Both the position numbers and the translations under genes were made by a program. The notes under the pieces are model-generated. The model worked only from the letters and a program-made list of their open reading frames with translations, was not told the DNA's origin and ran no database searches. A stretch of DNA of 28,833 nucleotides from Macrostomum lignano (taxonomy: Eukaryota): assembly GCA_002269645.1 (NCBI GenBank), contig NIVC01000774.1, forward strand, positions 128,584 through 157,416. The letters run 5' to 3'. This document shows, in pieces, positions 1 through 10,621 of the stretch. Positions within the stretch are counted from its first letter, which is position 1. Every line of letters begins with the position of its first letter.

Positions 1-625
1 CTACAATATGTTGCAACGTGAGAAAGGCGATTTTTTTACTGCTGTGACTCAGACCTGCTATAGTTGAATCTAGAATTAACTCCTATACATGGCATACCAT
101 GCTAAACAAAATGCGTTAATGAATCGCAAATTTATTCAATTCAATTCTCATTACAACCCGACCTATAGGGGTAGGAAACAGCAGACGATTGTTCAAGTGC
201 GTGTATTGCGAATGGAGTAGCAGAGACGGCTGACTGTTTCAATCAGCAGCTTATAATACTGTTTGCAAATGCAAGCCGCTACCCACATAACTGCAACTGG
301 AGCACTTATATGGACTCGTGTGTTTTATGGAATTTTTTATACTAAGCAATTTTAAGTTCGAGATCAGTGAATTTGAGTTAATGGCCGGCTCACATTGCCT
401 CCAGCCAGTAGCTCCGCAAGTCAAAGATTGCTCAAATCAATGCTCAGTCACAATTTCAAACTTAATTAGAGATAACTTATTTCGAGCGGTGGATCTCCAT
501 ATAGAAATATGTTGCAGTGTTTTATATGGCACGTGCTGGCACTCTCACCTGTTTTCCCTCTACTAACCTCGCTGACCCAAGGCACAAATTAAAGCCCATT
601 GGCTTGCACTTTCCCTTGACCCCAG

Positions 626-1010
626 GGTGCCCAGCAGGACCACACATTCGTATTCAAGCTGCCGATCCTCGCACCTGCAAGCACCTGTGGCGTTGCGCAG
701 TTGAGCATCACTCGTTCTTCCGTCTGGTGCAGCCGAAAGCACCGCCAGGCAAAGCCAAGCAGCTGCTGCGCCTGCGCTCCAGGTTTTACCACAGCTTCCG
801 CACGGAGACCAGCCTGGTGCAGGCCAACCAGTTTGGCACCAGCCAGCGCCGCTCAGCCAGATTCGAACGGAAGCCGTCAACCAGGCACAGCTGCCGGCCG
901 AGCTTCGCCCGGGCTGACGCTGATCGCCAGCTGCATCACCGGCGAACTGACCGACGGGCCGAACCAGCAGCGGCGGCCTCCGGCGACAGCTTGCGAGTTG
1001 TGCCTGTCGA
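626..1010 (+). CDS. Internal exon of a band 4.1-family FERM protein (end of FERM-C lobe plus FERM-adjacent FA region; Yurt/EPB41L5-like); 1-nt frameshift at ~662
   Basis: Acceptor ttcccttgaccccag|626; donor 1010|gtgagt. Reads GAQQDHTFVFKL (frame starting 626), then DPRTCKHLWRCAVEHHSFFRL...RLRSRFYHSFRTE...RRSARFERKPSTR (frame of ORF 517..1014). This matches the FERM-C/FA pattern EHTFVFRL...CKHLWKCAVEHH.FFRL...SRFRYSGRTE...FERRPS. One extra C at ctgCCgat joins the two frames. Confidence 0.9.
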
Positions 1011-1097
1011 GTGAGTTGTCTGGCCGCTTGTCTGCTTTTGCTCGCACAGTGCGAGCAGTTTCTGCTTTTTTGTTTATTTCTATATTAACAACTGCCT

Positions 1098-1390
1098 GGG
1101 GGGTTGTAGCCTATTCGTTAGAACGTCGGACTCACGACTTGAAGGTCGGGGGTTCGATTCTCGATTCCACTGGAACAATTTGTGTCCTTGAGCAAGACAC
1201 TTAACTCTGCATTGCTTCAGTTCACCCAGCTGTAAAATGGGTGCCAGCATTAGCTGGGGTAATTGAGGACTGTGTGTGGTGACCCTAGTCCTTGGACTGA
1301 ACAGCCGTACGCAGCCTTCAGATGCGCCGCGCAATAGCTGCGGCTGAGCTGTCGGTTGCACATCTGGCCATTAAGGCAGGTGTAATCAAA
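1098..1390 (+). mobile_element. tRNA-derived SINE, family A (CORE-like central domain), copy A1
   Basis: tRNA-like head with A-box-like tagcctattcgtt and B box ggttcgattc. Central tgtgtccttgagcaagacacttaactctgcattgcttcagttcacccagctgtaaaatggg resembles the MIR/CORE-SINE core. Near-identical copy at 14570-14877. Confidence 0.85.
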
Positions 1391-1407
1391 TTTTTTTTTC
1401 TAAATTG

Positions 1408-1674
1408 AGCTATCCCACAGTCAGTGATGAGGCAAGCAGTCATGCTCATTCAGATGACCCCTGAGCACGCATGCAAATAATTATGCAGATATACTCTCAT
1501 ACTGGGTGTACATCAGCCCTGACTTTTCCATTGTCAGCAGAGGGCACACTTTAGTGGGCATATAAACCCTGCGACATACCCTGACCACTACTGAAATTGA
1601 TGAGGTCAGAGAGGTGAGGTTAAAAGGCCAGAGAATGGGAATCGAACCCAGGCGCTGTCACTGGGCTACAGGGA
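1408..1674 (-). mobile_element. Diverged tRNA-derived SINE, family B-related, copy B1
   Basis: Minus-strand head tagcccagtga...gggttcgattcc. It shares ctgac-loop-gtcagggc..tgtacac and gtgctcaggggtca..gaatg.gca with the copies at 13385, 24141 and 25056. Confidence 0.6.
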
Positions 1675-3397
1675 CTGACAATGCAAAAGTCAGAATCGCT
1701 GTGCACCCCGGTGTGCATTGAGCTTCCCAGCTAACCCAAGCTGTTGATCATTTTTTGTTAACTGCCTGTATGTTTTGTCTTTTGCCTGATCAAGGATTTC
1801 TCTATAGCTAGAACTTGGATCGGAAACCTCTTTGTGGGGCGTACCAACTGAGGCCTGTCCAGCAGAATACTCATTCGAGCAGTCGGCCTCAGTTAGTACA
1901 CAAAATATATGGTTTCTCATTCGGTTTTAGTTATAGAGAAATGCTTCAACCGATGTTCGTATCTAAGTTACTAGACGAAGTTTATGACACCCGAGTCATA
2001 ACAGCATGCTATCGCTAGTTTGTGTTACTATTAAACAATTTTAGTTTGCAATACGCAAACATTTTCCACTTTAGAAAGATGCTGTGACTACTCATAGCAA
2101 GTAAGTAGTATGTCTGATGTTAAGTAGATATGAGCTCGTGCAGTATGCATGCTGATTTATCTGTGAGTAGATTGATTAAATAATTTTTTTGCTTTGATTA
2201 GCAAGTTAGACAGACCCTGTTTGCCAGACTGTAACAAACAAGCGCAGAAATTGCGAAGCTATTCCAAAATTAGGGGGGGGGCGAAAGCCTAAATGTTTTT
2301 AATTACACGAGCAAGCTTTCCGGGAAAGCGAAGTTCGACTTTTCGAGCTTCTGTTTTTAAACCTATTTTTTATCTCAGATGCTGCACTAGTAATTTGCGC
2401 AGCAGTTCACTAGGGCCTCTTAATGCTAAGCCGAACTGCGCTGCATTTAATGTACTCTTAATTCCTTTCATTGCTGGCCTCGCATTTCAGAATCTTGGCC
2501 TGACGAATTTTAATTGATGCAGGAGGAGTCTTTGTGCAATAAAAGCTGGCGGTTGACACTATGAAACCTGTCATACTCATGCTCATTATTTACAGCTTTT
2601 ACGAACTCGATCGATCAATATCCATAAACGGCTCACTCGCACCAGGGTCTATTCATGGAGTTTTAAGCTTAAAATCTTGAGCAATAATTCAGGTCTACCA
2701 CTCCAGATAGTACTTTTAGAGCTCCATGATGATGTATAGCGTTGGCTATAGCTTATCAAATGCTCAGCCTAATCAAGCCTTAGTGTGTCGTCTTTTTCTA
2801 GCGTTTAGCAGACTTAACTTGCAAATTATACTGCTCACAGTAGTTAGTAGGAATAAAGTAAGTTAAGAAGAAGTTTGCTTTAGAATCCTGTCATCATACC
2901 CCATCTTCCATTAAAAAAACCGAACTGTCCTCAATTCATTCTGTCTAATCACAGTGTCAAACTATAAATTGTCAAGCATGTTTTGTTTTCTTTTAGTTTT
3001 TCCCGGTCAAGGGGCGAGAATTGCAGTCTTATTTTACCTTTTACAGCCTAGAATTTCCTCTTCTAGGGGTGCTTTGAATTTCTTTGCGTAACGGATCAGG
3101 CAAATTTCATAATTGGCATGCTTCTGTGATAAAAAGTATAATGCAAATATTTTCCGAACTTACCTACTCGACATTATATACGGCAATAAAACAGCAATTA
3201 TTGACACTTGTTTGCTGCTTCTCTCATCAGTAGTGTGATAAGCGCATTATGTCTTCTTAGCTTCTGTGCGCTGAAAATATAATTTCATGTCAAGCTTGAA
3301 ACTCCAGTCAGTTTCACTTGGGCCCACATGCCGGCTTGATTGTGCTGCATTCTCCCAGCTGGTGTTAATCAGCCAGCTGTTCTCCGCACCTTTGCAG

Positions 3398-3543
3398 CAA
3401 CAGCTCTGGCGACAGTCAGCCAATCAAAAGCGGCCCGGAGACCATAGAAACCAAAGCTATCATTATTGCCGCTGGCATTCCCGAAGAGAATGATGATGAC
3501 GTGCAGGAGGCTGAGCAGAAGTTGGTCGTTGAAGCTGCATCGC
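3398..3543 (+). CDS. Probable internal exon of the same FERM gene (acidic, disordered)
   Basis: Acceptor ctttgcag|3398; donor 3543|gtaagt. Open frame NSSGDSQPIKSGPETIETKAIIIAAGIPEENDDDVQEAEQKLVVEAAS. The phase matches the phase-2 end of exon 626-1010. Assignment to the FERM gene is inferred from strand, order and phase. Confidence 0.65.
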
Positions 3544-3625
3544 GTAAGTAGCTGGGCTGCCGAGCTCCGTGCAAATTTTATTAGCTGTGAAAATTCTCTG
3601 ATTCACTGGTCTTTCACTCCTACAG

Positions 3626-3753
3626 CGCAAGCCTCGCCAAGTCGTCGGTTGCATGGCAACGAAGCTGCCGCTGCCGCAGATTTCTCCGGTCCGCTCTGCT
3701 ACCGGCGGCTCGCCGCTGCCTTCGCCAAGCGCTTTGGCTAATTACAGCTCCAG
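3626..3753 (+). CDS. Probable internal exon (Ser/Pro-rich); reading frame ambiguous
   Basis: Acceptor ctcctacag|3626; donor 3753|gtgaga. The frame giving TKLPLPQISPVRSATGGSPLPSPSALANYSS ends in phase 2 and fits the next exon, but it is not in phase with the preceding exon. An indel or another exon is implied. Confidence 0.5.
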
Positions 3754-4156
3754 GTGAGAATGATTGACTGTTTGCTAGTGCCAGGCCCGCGGCTGGCGAG
3801 TGGCCCACCCGAAAAAATAGTCGTAATACTAATTAGATGACGAGGCGTTTAACCTTACTAATACTGTCATAGTTTCTCTTGCTGTTTACCCCAAATTAAC
3901 TTAACTTTTGCTTAGGTTTCTTTCATATTTAAGTCGCATTTTTAGTCAAAAATTAAGCCGCACGGCCAGTGTAAATTAAGGTAATTGCGCATGTATGGTG
4001 GGGCTTGTGCAATTTTTGCCATATACACTGCTTGACGATGAGAAAGAAGAAAACAGATATGTACACCACTCTGCAAGTGGTAGCTTACGCTAGGTCTTTT
4101 ACTATGCTGTGTTTCAACATACTTTAAAAAAACCTACAAAAATAAACATTCGTCAG

Positions 4157-4810
4157 CGGCCAGTCCGACAGCGGCGACAGCAGCGCCCTCAGCCAGCGGA
4201 CTGTGATCGAAGTGTCGGCTCAGAAGCCGACGTCGCCGCAGCAGCAGCAGCAGCAGCCGGCATCCTATGACTCGATGTTCCCAGCCCGGCGGCCATCGCA
4301 GACTAGCGGCCTACGCCAGCCAACCGCCATTCCTAAGCTGGCGCCGACACCGCCACCAGCTCAGTTGGCGCAGCCGTCCAACCTGGCGGCGGCTGCCCTG
4401 AACGGAGGCGAAAAGTCCCTGTCCGCATCGGCGCTGCCCGCCCCAAGGTGCTCGCACAGAAGCAGCAGCAGCAGCCGCCGCCGCCGCCTTCCATGGCCGC
4501 TGCGCCGGCTCTCTCCGCCAGTTCCCTGCCGCGGCGTCTCAGTGGCGCGGGTGACGAAACCAACGGCACAGCAGGAGGTGGCAGCGGCGGCGCCAGCCGC
4601 ATCCCACCGCCATCGGCAGCAGCTCCTGGCGCGGTTGTGTTGCCGCCTATTGCGTCTAATTCAGCTAATTCGGCGCCGAAATCGCGGATTCCTGCGCCAT
4701 CGATGCAACAGCAGCCGCCAGCAGCAGCCAGCAGCCTACCGCAGCCGCGGTCCGGCATTCCAAGGCTCGCCCCGGCCGCTGCTACGAGCGTTGGGCCGCA
4801 GTTTAGTCTG
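4157..4810 (+). CDS. Probable large low-complexity (Q/P/A/S) exon; 1-nt frameshift at ~4441-4444
   Basis: Acceptor cgtcag|4157; donor 4810|gtgagc. GQSDSGDSSALSQRTVIEVSAQKPTSPQQQQQQP...SALPA then, with one extra C in the CCCC run, PKVLAQKQQQQPPPPPSMAAAP...SRIPAP...GPQFSL. The second frame is closed upstream by TAA at ~4334. Confidence 0.65.
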
Positions 4811-5050
4811 GTGAGCCTTGTATATGGTATCTTTCGGTGTATTCCTTTTACTGTTGTCGTGTTCACTGCACTTTGTTGCCATTGACTACACGAATTTGCT
4901 TCTACGGCTGCCTGTTCCCGTCTGTATGTATGAATACTGCCTATGTTTTATTTCATCGATGTTGTTCAGATGCGATGCCTATCATGGTCAAAGGAAAATT
5001 ACTGTAGGCTGTATCTTGGTAAAACAAATTGTAGGTCTCAAATGAAATGC

Positions 5051-5972
5051 TCTCACAGTCCTTCAGAAAAATCCGCTGTCTCCCTCACTGTCCTTCAGAA
5101 AAATCCGCTGTCTCCCTCACAGTCCTTCAGAAAAATCCGCTGTCTCCCTCACTGTCCTTCAGAAAAATCCGCTGTCTCCCTCACAGTCCTTCAATGAGAT
5201 GCCGCTGTCTCCCTCACAGTCCTGCAAAAAATCCGCTGTCTCCCTCACAGTCCTTCAAAAAATCCGCTGTCTCCCTCACTGTCCTTCAGAAAAATCCGCT
5301 GTCTCCCTCACAGTCCTTCAGAAAAATCCGCTGTCTCCCTCACAGTCCTTCAGAAAAATCCGCTGTCTCCCTCACTGTCCTTCAAAAAATCCGCTGTCTC
5401 CCTCACTGTCCTTCAGAAAAATCCGCTGTCTCCCTCACTGTCCTTCAGAAAAATCCGCTGTCTCCCTCACAGTCCTTCAGAAAAATCCGCTGTCTCCCTC
5501 ACTGTCCTTCAATGAGATGCCGCTGTCTCCCTCGCAGTCCTTCAATAGAATTTCGCTGTCTCCCTCACAGTCCTTCAGAAAAATCCGCTGTCTCCCTCAC
5601 TGTCCTTCAGAAAAATCCGCTGTCTCCCTCACTGTCCTTCAATGAGATGCCGCTGTCTCCCTCACAGTCCTTCAATGAGATGCCGCTGTCTCCCTCACTG
5701 TCCTTCAATGAGATGCCACTGTCTCCCTCACAGTCCTTCAATGAGATGCCGCTGTCTCCCTCACAGTCCTTCAATAGAATTTCGCTGTCTCCCTCTCAGT
5801 CCTTCAATAGAATTCCGCTGTCTCCCTCTCAGTCCTTCAATAGAATTCCGCTGTCTCCCTCTCAGTCCTTCAATAGAATTCCGCTGTCTCCCTCTCAGTC
5901 CTTCAATAGAACTCCGCTGTCTTCTCTCACAGTCCTTCAATGAGATGCCGCTGTCTCCCTCACAGTCCTTCA
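5051..5972. repeat. Intronic minisatellite, 32-33 bp unit, ~28 copies
   Basis: Constant part ccgctgtctccctcac(a/t)gtccttca followed by the variants gaaaaat (32-bp unit), atgagatg or atagaatt (33-bp units). The ORFs called here are artefacts. Confidence 0.97.
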
Positions 5973-6518
5973 ACGATAGAAATACATGCAGCATCAGCGT
6001 CATCCTATAATGGCTGTCCTATAATCCTATATGTTCTACTTTATTACGTCTACACGCGCACATTTACTGTTATATTTTTTTAATCTAAATTTCAGAAATT
6101 GTGATGATCTGCCCGAATCTGGGAAGCACAGATCGCATCCGTGTACAGTCTGTATAAGCCAGTGTATATTCTAGGTAATTTACCTGCATGCCTAATGCCT
6201 AATTATTGGCTTAGCTAACGAATTGGCGTCGTTATTTGTTTTAATCGTCTTAAATGCTTTTTGGCACGGCGACTTAATTTGATTGTATGCCGGAGATTAA
6301 CATAGCAATTTGCATCAGCGCTTGGTGCACTAGACTGACTGGACTATAGCCTCTGAAATTAACCGCAATTTGACAAATTTATTTCTAACACCACTCACTA
6401 TTTGCACTTTAAAAACGGCATGTCATTTTAATGACACTCGTTTGCTCCACTATCATCAACTCTTGTGAAGTTTTGAGACTTAAAAATATTATTATTATAA
6501 TTATATTATGATATTATG

Positions 6519-6962
6519 ATTCACAAGACCGGGAGTTCACAGCGCCAAAAGATACTGGCTGACATTCACAACACCTGGAGTTCATAGCGGCAAAAGAGAC
6601 TGACTGACATTCACAAGACCGGGAGTTCACAGTGCTAAAAGACACTGACTGACATTCACAAGACCGGGAGTTCACAGCGGCAAAAGACACTGACTGACAT
6701 TCACAAGACCGGGAGTTCACAGCGCCAAAAGACACTGACTGACATTCACAAGACCGGGAGTTCACAGCGGCAAAAGACACTGACTGACATTCACAAGACC
6801 GGGAGTTCACAGCGGCAAAAGACACAAAGGACATTTACAAGATCGGTAGTTCACAGCGGCAAAAGACACAAAGGACATTTACAAGATCGGTAGTTCACAG
6901 CGGCAAAAGACACAAAAGACATTTTCAAGACCAGGAGTTCACAGCGCCAAGATACAGTGACT
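6519..6962. repeat. Intronic minisatellite, 45-bp unit, ~10 copies
   Basis: Unit gacattcacaagaccgggagttcacagcggcaaaagacactgact; period of 45 seen at 6606 and 6651. Confidence 0.97.
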
Positions 6963-7070
6963 CAGGCTCCACTGCTGAGACCCGCACTCACCACAACGGG
7001 CTCGGCTTTGCTGGCATTTCTCAGTCTAAACTATTATTTTTAACCCGAGTCCGGTCGGCCCCTTTTGCAG

Positions 7071-7289
7071 AGAGCGGCGCCGGCCACTCCGGTGTGTCGC
7101 AGCCAGCCCAAAGCCAAGCTGGCCGCCTACAGGCGCTCGATATCGGTAATTTCCCACGCGTCCAGCGGCCACTACTGCCAGCCTGGCTGCTGCCGGCCTG
7201 GCCACCGGCTTAAACAATCTGCTACGCTTGGCAGGCTGCCAAATCGGCAGCGCAGAGCCGCCGCCTCGACCGCTGTTGAGTCACTGTAA
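7071..7289 (+). CDS. Candidate terminal coding exon of the FERM gene
   Basis: Acceptor ccccttttgcag|7071. The phase-0 frame RAAPATPVCRSQPKAKLAAYRRSISVISH...AVESL* fits the phase-0 donor at 4810. GC-rich island; AATAAA at 7392-7397. Confidence 0.45.
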   Translation, partial: RAAPATPVCRSQPKAKLAAYRRSISVISHASSGHYCQPGCCRPGHRLKQSATLGRLPNRQRRAAASTAVESL

Positions 7290-7391
7290 TTATTTATTAA
7301 TGTGTTCTTAGCCTGGCTCATTGCAAATTGTAATACTACTATTGCTAAGACTGCTGAGTTAAATCTAAAAAACTTGCTAACAACAGCTTAA

Positions 7392-7397
7392 AATAAA
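7392..7397 (+). promoter_or_regulatory. Candidate polyadenylation signal of the FERM gene
   Basis: AATAAA ~100 nt after the candidate stop at 7287-7289. The context is AT-rich, so it could be chance. Confidence 0.3.
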
Positions 7398-7459
7398 ATT
7401 AAGTGCTGACCACAGATGTAGAATAACTAGATCGGCCACTCAGTACATTTGCGTGCAAG

Positions 7460-7793
7460 CTACTTTCAGTTCAGTAGTAAGTTAAAAAGAAGCATTTTAA
7501 TGCATTTTTTAAAGCCAAGGCTCATTTATTTGCTCTTACCCCTCCCCAGCTTAAACCCTCCAACCGCGCCTTTCCACACTGCCCCCGCCCCGCCCCAGTT
7601 TTTATTGCCTTTCTCAGAATTCCAGCCTAAAGCTGCCATGTACATTTCAGTGGACTGGCTAATGTACATTGCTGAACCAATTAGCAAGTTGTTTACGCCT
7701 GCAAGCTTGTGGGCTTCTATCAAAGTCATTTCAACTGTCTTTATTTTTATAAAATAGCTTATGTATTCTTTTTTGCTACTGAACTGAAAGTAG
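7460..7793. mobile_element. Possible MITE-like element bounded by an 18-bp perfect inverted repeat
   Basis: ctactttcagttcagtag (7460-7477) and its reverse complement ctactgaactgaaagtag (7776-7793), with partial inward extension. No clear TSD. Confidence 0.5.
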
Positions 7794-8829
7794 AAAGCTG
7801 TTTTACTAAGTATATGCAGCCCATCTAGTTATTTTAGTATCTGTGGTACTGATTGGGATTGTACCGATTTTTTATATTTAACCCGCTTTTTCAACAAAAT
7901 TGAGTTGTGTTTTTAGCATCAATTTTTTTTACTCAAATAGTCCTAGAAACATCTTTTTTTCTGGCATTTTCGTTTCTTTTTAAAATGCTAGCACACACTG
8001 ACTTCGTGGCCACACTTTTAGGGTGCTAATGTATTATTATTGCTCATGCTAACATTGCTCATGCTCAATAGGTACTCGATTCTAATTTTAGCTAAAAATC
8101 TTTGCTAAGTTTTTTTGAAACTTTTCTTTCAAATTTAGTATTATATTATAATAAAATAAAAGCACACAGACCGACTACATATAGTAACACTTGAAGTGTT
8201 TAATAAACATTTTTATGTTATATCGGTGAAGATTTTTAATCATCTCTGCGCGTACATGCTGTTTACTTTTTCAGTACGTGTCAGTTTTTGCTTTGGCTAA
8301 AAGTTTTAGCATTGGCACCTTTTTAATAGTTACTGTAGTAGCTTAGTAGTTCTATGCATTCTGTTGTATGCTCAAGTCATAACCTGATCCCATGTACGCA
8401 TTCTCCACTGTGAATATTGCTCGGCTGTTATTAATATAATTATAATATTTCTCTCTGATCTTCACTAGCTGCTATGCAATTGCAGCGGTTTTTTAAATCT
8501 TTATTAGCACTATTAATCTCACTGATTGATTGGCACTCGGTTTTTAAAACGCAAAATCTTTTTTGTGCTTTTTTATCCAGTTTATGCTGCAGTTTTATCT
8601 GCTCTTACCTGTACCTGACTTGTTTTGAATTTTAGTCTTAGTAGTTCAAATATAAATTGCTGCCTGCTTCTGTTTCAAAGTGTTCTTCACCTTACGATGG
8701 CACTGATGCAAACAATGAAAACAAACTCAATTGTATTATTGCTGTGTCAGTCTCTGCTTTGAGAATTTCATTTTTAACAATTTTAATTTATATAATAATT
8801 CCCCACCACCTGGAAACAGGATCGCACCA

Positions 8830-9260
8830 AGTGTGGGGAAGCGAATACTGGTAGCTATTTATAGTCCAGAGTCGCAGTGACTCATTATCGAAACTGAGTA
8901 TTATAGCAATCTGTTTAAGTATATCTCCAGTGTGGCAGTGACGGCAGCGGCGGGGCGTCAGTCAAGCTGAAATTCGATCCGGTATGGAGAGCAGATGGGT
9001 AAAACTGGCGTTCACAGTGAAAATAGGACAGTGGATAAAGCACAGTGGTGGGATTATCTACGAAGCAGGGTTATATGCAGCTGTTGGAGTACTGCAAAGA
9101 GTTTCACAATAGAGAGAATCTCAAAAACGCAAAAGTAAATGATTTTTTACAATAGGCACCCGCGATGGGGCAGTTGGTCAGACTACAGCTGCGTCAATGC
9201 TTGCTGCAGTTGCGTTTTGTTAAGTCATTAATAAATATACGATCATAAATTTGTGTTCCT
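8830..9260 (+). mobile_element. Decayed non-LTR retrotransposon (RTE-like APE endonuclease) remnant
   Basis: Broken frames give, in the expected order, VAIYSP, VKIG, QGYMQLLEYCKE, HPRWGSWSDY and DHKFV. These resemble the APE-domain motifs xxYAP, DFNAKIG, NG..LLE.C, HPR..W..IDY and SDH..V. There are many stops and shifts, and the comparison was from memory. Confidence 0.45.
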
Positions 9261-9707
9261 TGGCGGCAGTGCATTTCAAATGGGGGGCATCCTGGATGTT
9301 GCTATCAAAAACAGAGTCAGAATTGAGATTCGTGAAGCGGATTTACATGTACAATACAAGGCATAAATGGAGTTTATGTCTGAGCGCATCGAGATCTGCT
9401 AAAAATATTGACATCACGTTCAACTATCAGCAATACAAAGGTACCCGTTATTGTATTGAGGGTTTAAAGAAAGAGAGTTACGAATTACATTTGCGGCTTA
9501 AAAAGAGTTAGCAGACGACAGGTCATCCGTATGATTCATTGTTGAGACATCCGGTTCTGAATTGCTTCGCATTGAGCTGAGATTTAGGTGCTTTAAGAGT
9601 CAGCTACAAATGTCTTACGCCTTATTTATAGTCTTTCTGTTTGAAGTATATTCGATTAATATATTGCTTCTCCGCATTGTATTATGAATATCTTCATTGA
9701 ATCATTT

Positions 9708-9713
9708 TTTATT
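9708..9713 (-). promoter_or_regulatory. Candidate polyadenylation signal of the MLCK gene
   Basis: tttatt on + equals AATAAA on -, ~135 nt past the predicted stop at 9849-9851. Confidence 0.35.
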
Positions 9714-9848
9714 AAAGAAATTAAAACTTTTTGTTAAAATTGACATATTTTTGGAATGACCCATCCCCTGAAACTCATTGTGAGGATCGTGAAGTATTCA
9801 AAGCAAAAAACCATGCTCGTCTACTCAGCTGAGATGCGCTTTGAGGTT

Positions 9849-10548
9849 TCAGTGTTTTTTGGATGGCCCGCTGTTGCTCGATGTTCCACTGTTTGATGCT
9901 CCCGTCTTGATTGGTGCTCCTGATTTGCTTGCTGCTCCGGTGTTTTTCGATTCTCCGATGCTTGATTTTCCAAAGTTCCATTTTCCGGTGTTACTCGGTG
10001 TTCCGGTGTTCCATTTTCCGGTGTTACTCGGCGTTCCGGTGTTCCAACTTCCGGTTTTCCATTTTCCGGTGTTACCGGTACTCCATTTTCCGGTGTTACC
10101 GGTGTTCGATTTTCCGGTGGTTATGGGTGTTCCCGTATTTGATTTTCCGGTGTTTTTCGGTGTTCCGGTGTTCGATTTGTCGGTGTTACTTGATGTTTGG
10201 TGTTGCTTGGTGTTCCGGTGTTTGATTTTTCGTGTTTTCGTTTCTACTCAATTTTTCGGTGCTGCTCGGTGTTCCGTCAGTCGATTTTTCGGTGTTGCTT
10301 GGTGTTCCGGTGTTAGATTTTTCGTTGTTGCTCGGCGTTTCGGTACCCAATTTTTCGGTGCTGCTCGGTGTTCCGGTGTTCGATTTTTCGGTTTTGCTTG
10401 GCTCTTCAGGGTTTCCAATGTTGCTTGATGTTTCTGCGGTATTTGGTGCGCCGGTTTTATTGCTCGAGGTGCCGGTGTCTTTTGTTGCATCCGTCTCATT
10501 CAATTTGCCTCCCATTCTGATTAGCGCGATGATGGCGTTGAATGCTTT
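9849..10548 (-). CDS. MYLK: MLCK exon 9 (terminal): end of calmodulin-binding helix plus ~220-aa TGKSNTGTPSN-type repeat tail; two 1-nt frameshifts (~10232, ~10196)
   Basis: Acceptor ggttgcag|10548. KAFNAIIALIRMG continues RRKWH of exon 8. The repeat register is restored by adding one base in each of two homopolymers, and then reads ...KWNTGTPSNTGKWNFGK...SGPSKKH* (TGA at 9849-9851). The symbol denotes the family; orthology is not established. Confidence 0.8.
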
Positions 10549-10621
10549 CTGCAACCGAGTTTAATTTACTCATTTTAATAATAGCAGAAAGATCGAGTTT
10601 TTCTATTGGTTTTAACTACAT

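Noticed and set aside
659-666. Programmed ribosomal frameshifting as the explanation for the frame breaks
   Set aside because: There is no slippery heptamer or downstream pseudoknot. Similar homopolymer deletions across unrelated genes favour sequencing error.
5047-5943. Long ORFs over the tandem arrays (also 6514-6834, 26043-26365, 27214-28058) and + strand ORFs over 9841-10564
   Set aside because: They are stop-free by virtue of repeat composition or are antisense to the MLCK tail; there is no splice or family support.
6096-6174. Extra FERM exon or C/D-box snoRNA (ttcag| ... gtgatga ... |gtaatt)
   Set aside because: All three frames contain stops, and there is no D box (CTGA) at a suitable distance.
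5051-6962. CRISPR-like arrays (32-45 bp periodicity; also 26048-26328 and 27264-27985)
   Set aside because: Units are directly adjacent with no unique spacers, there are no cas genes, and the context is eukaryotic introns or intergenic DNA. They are minisatellites.
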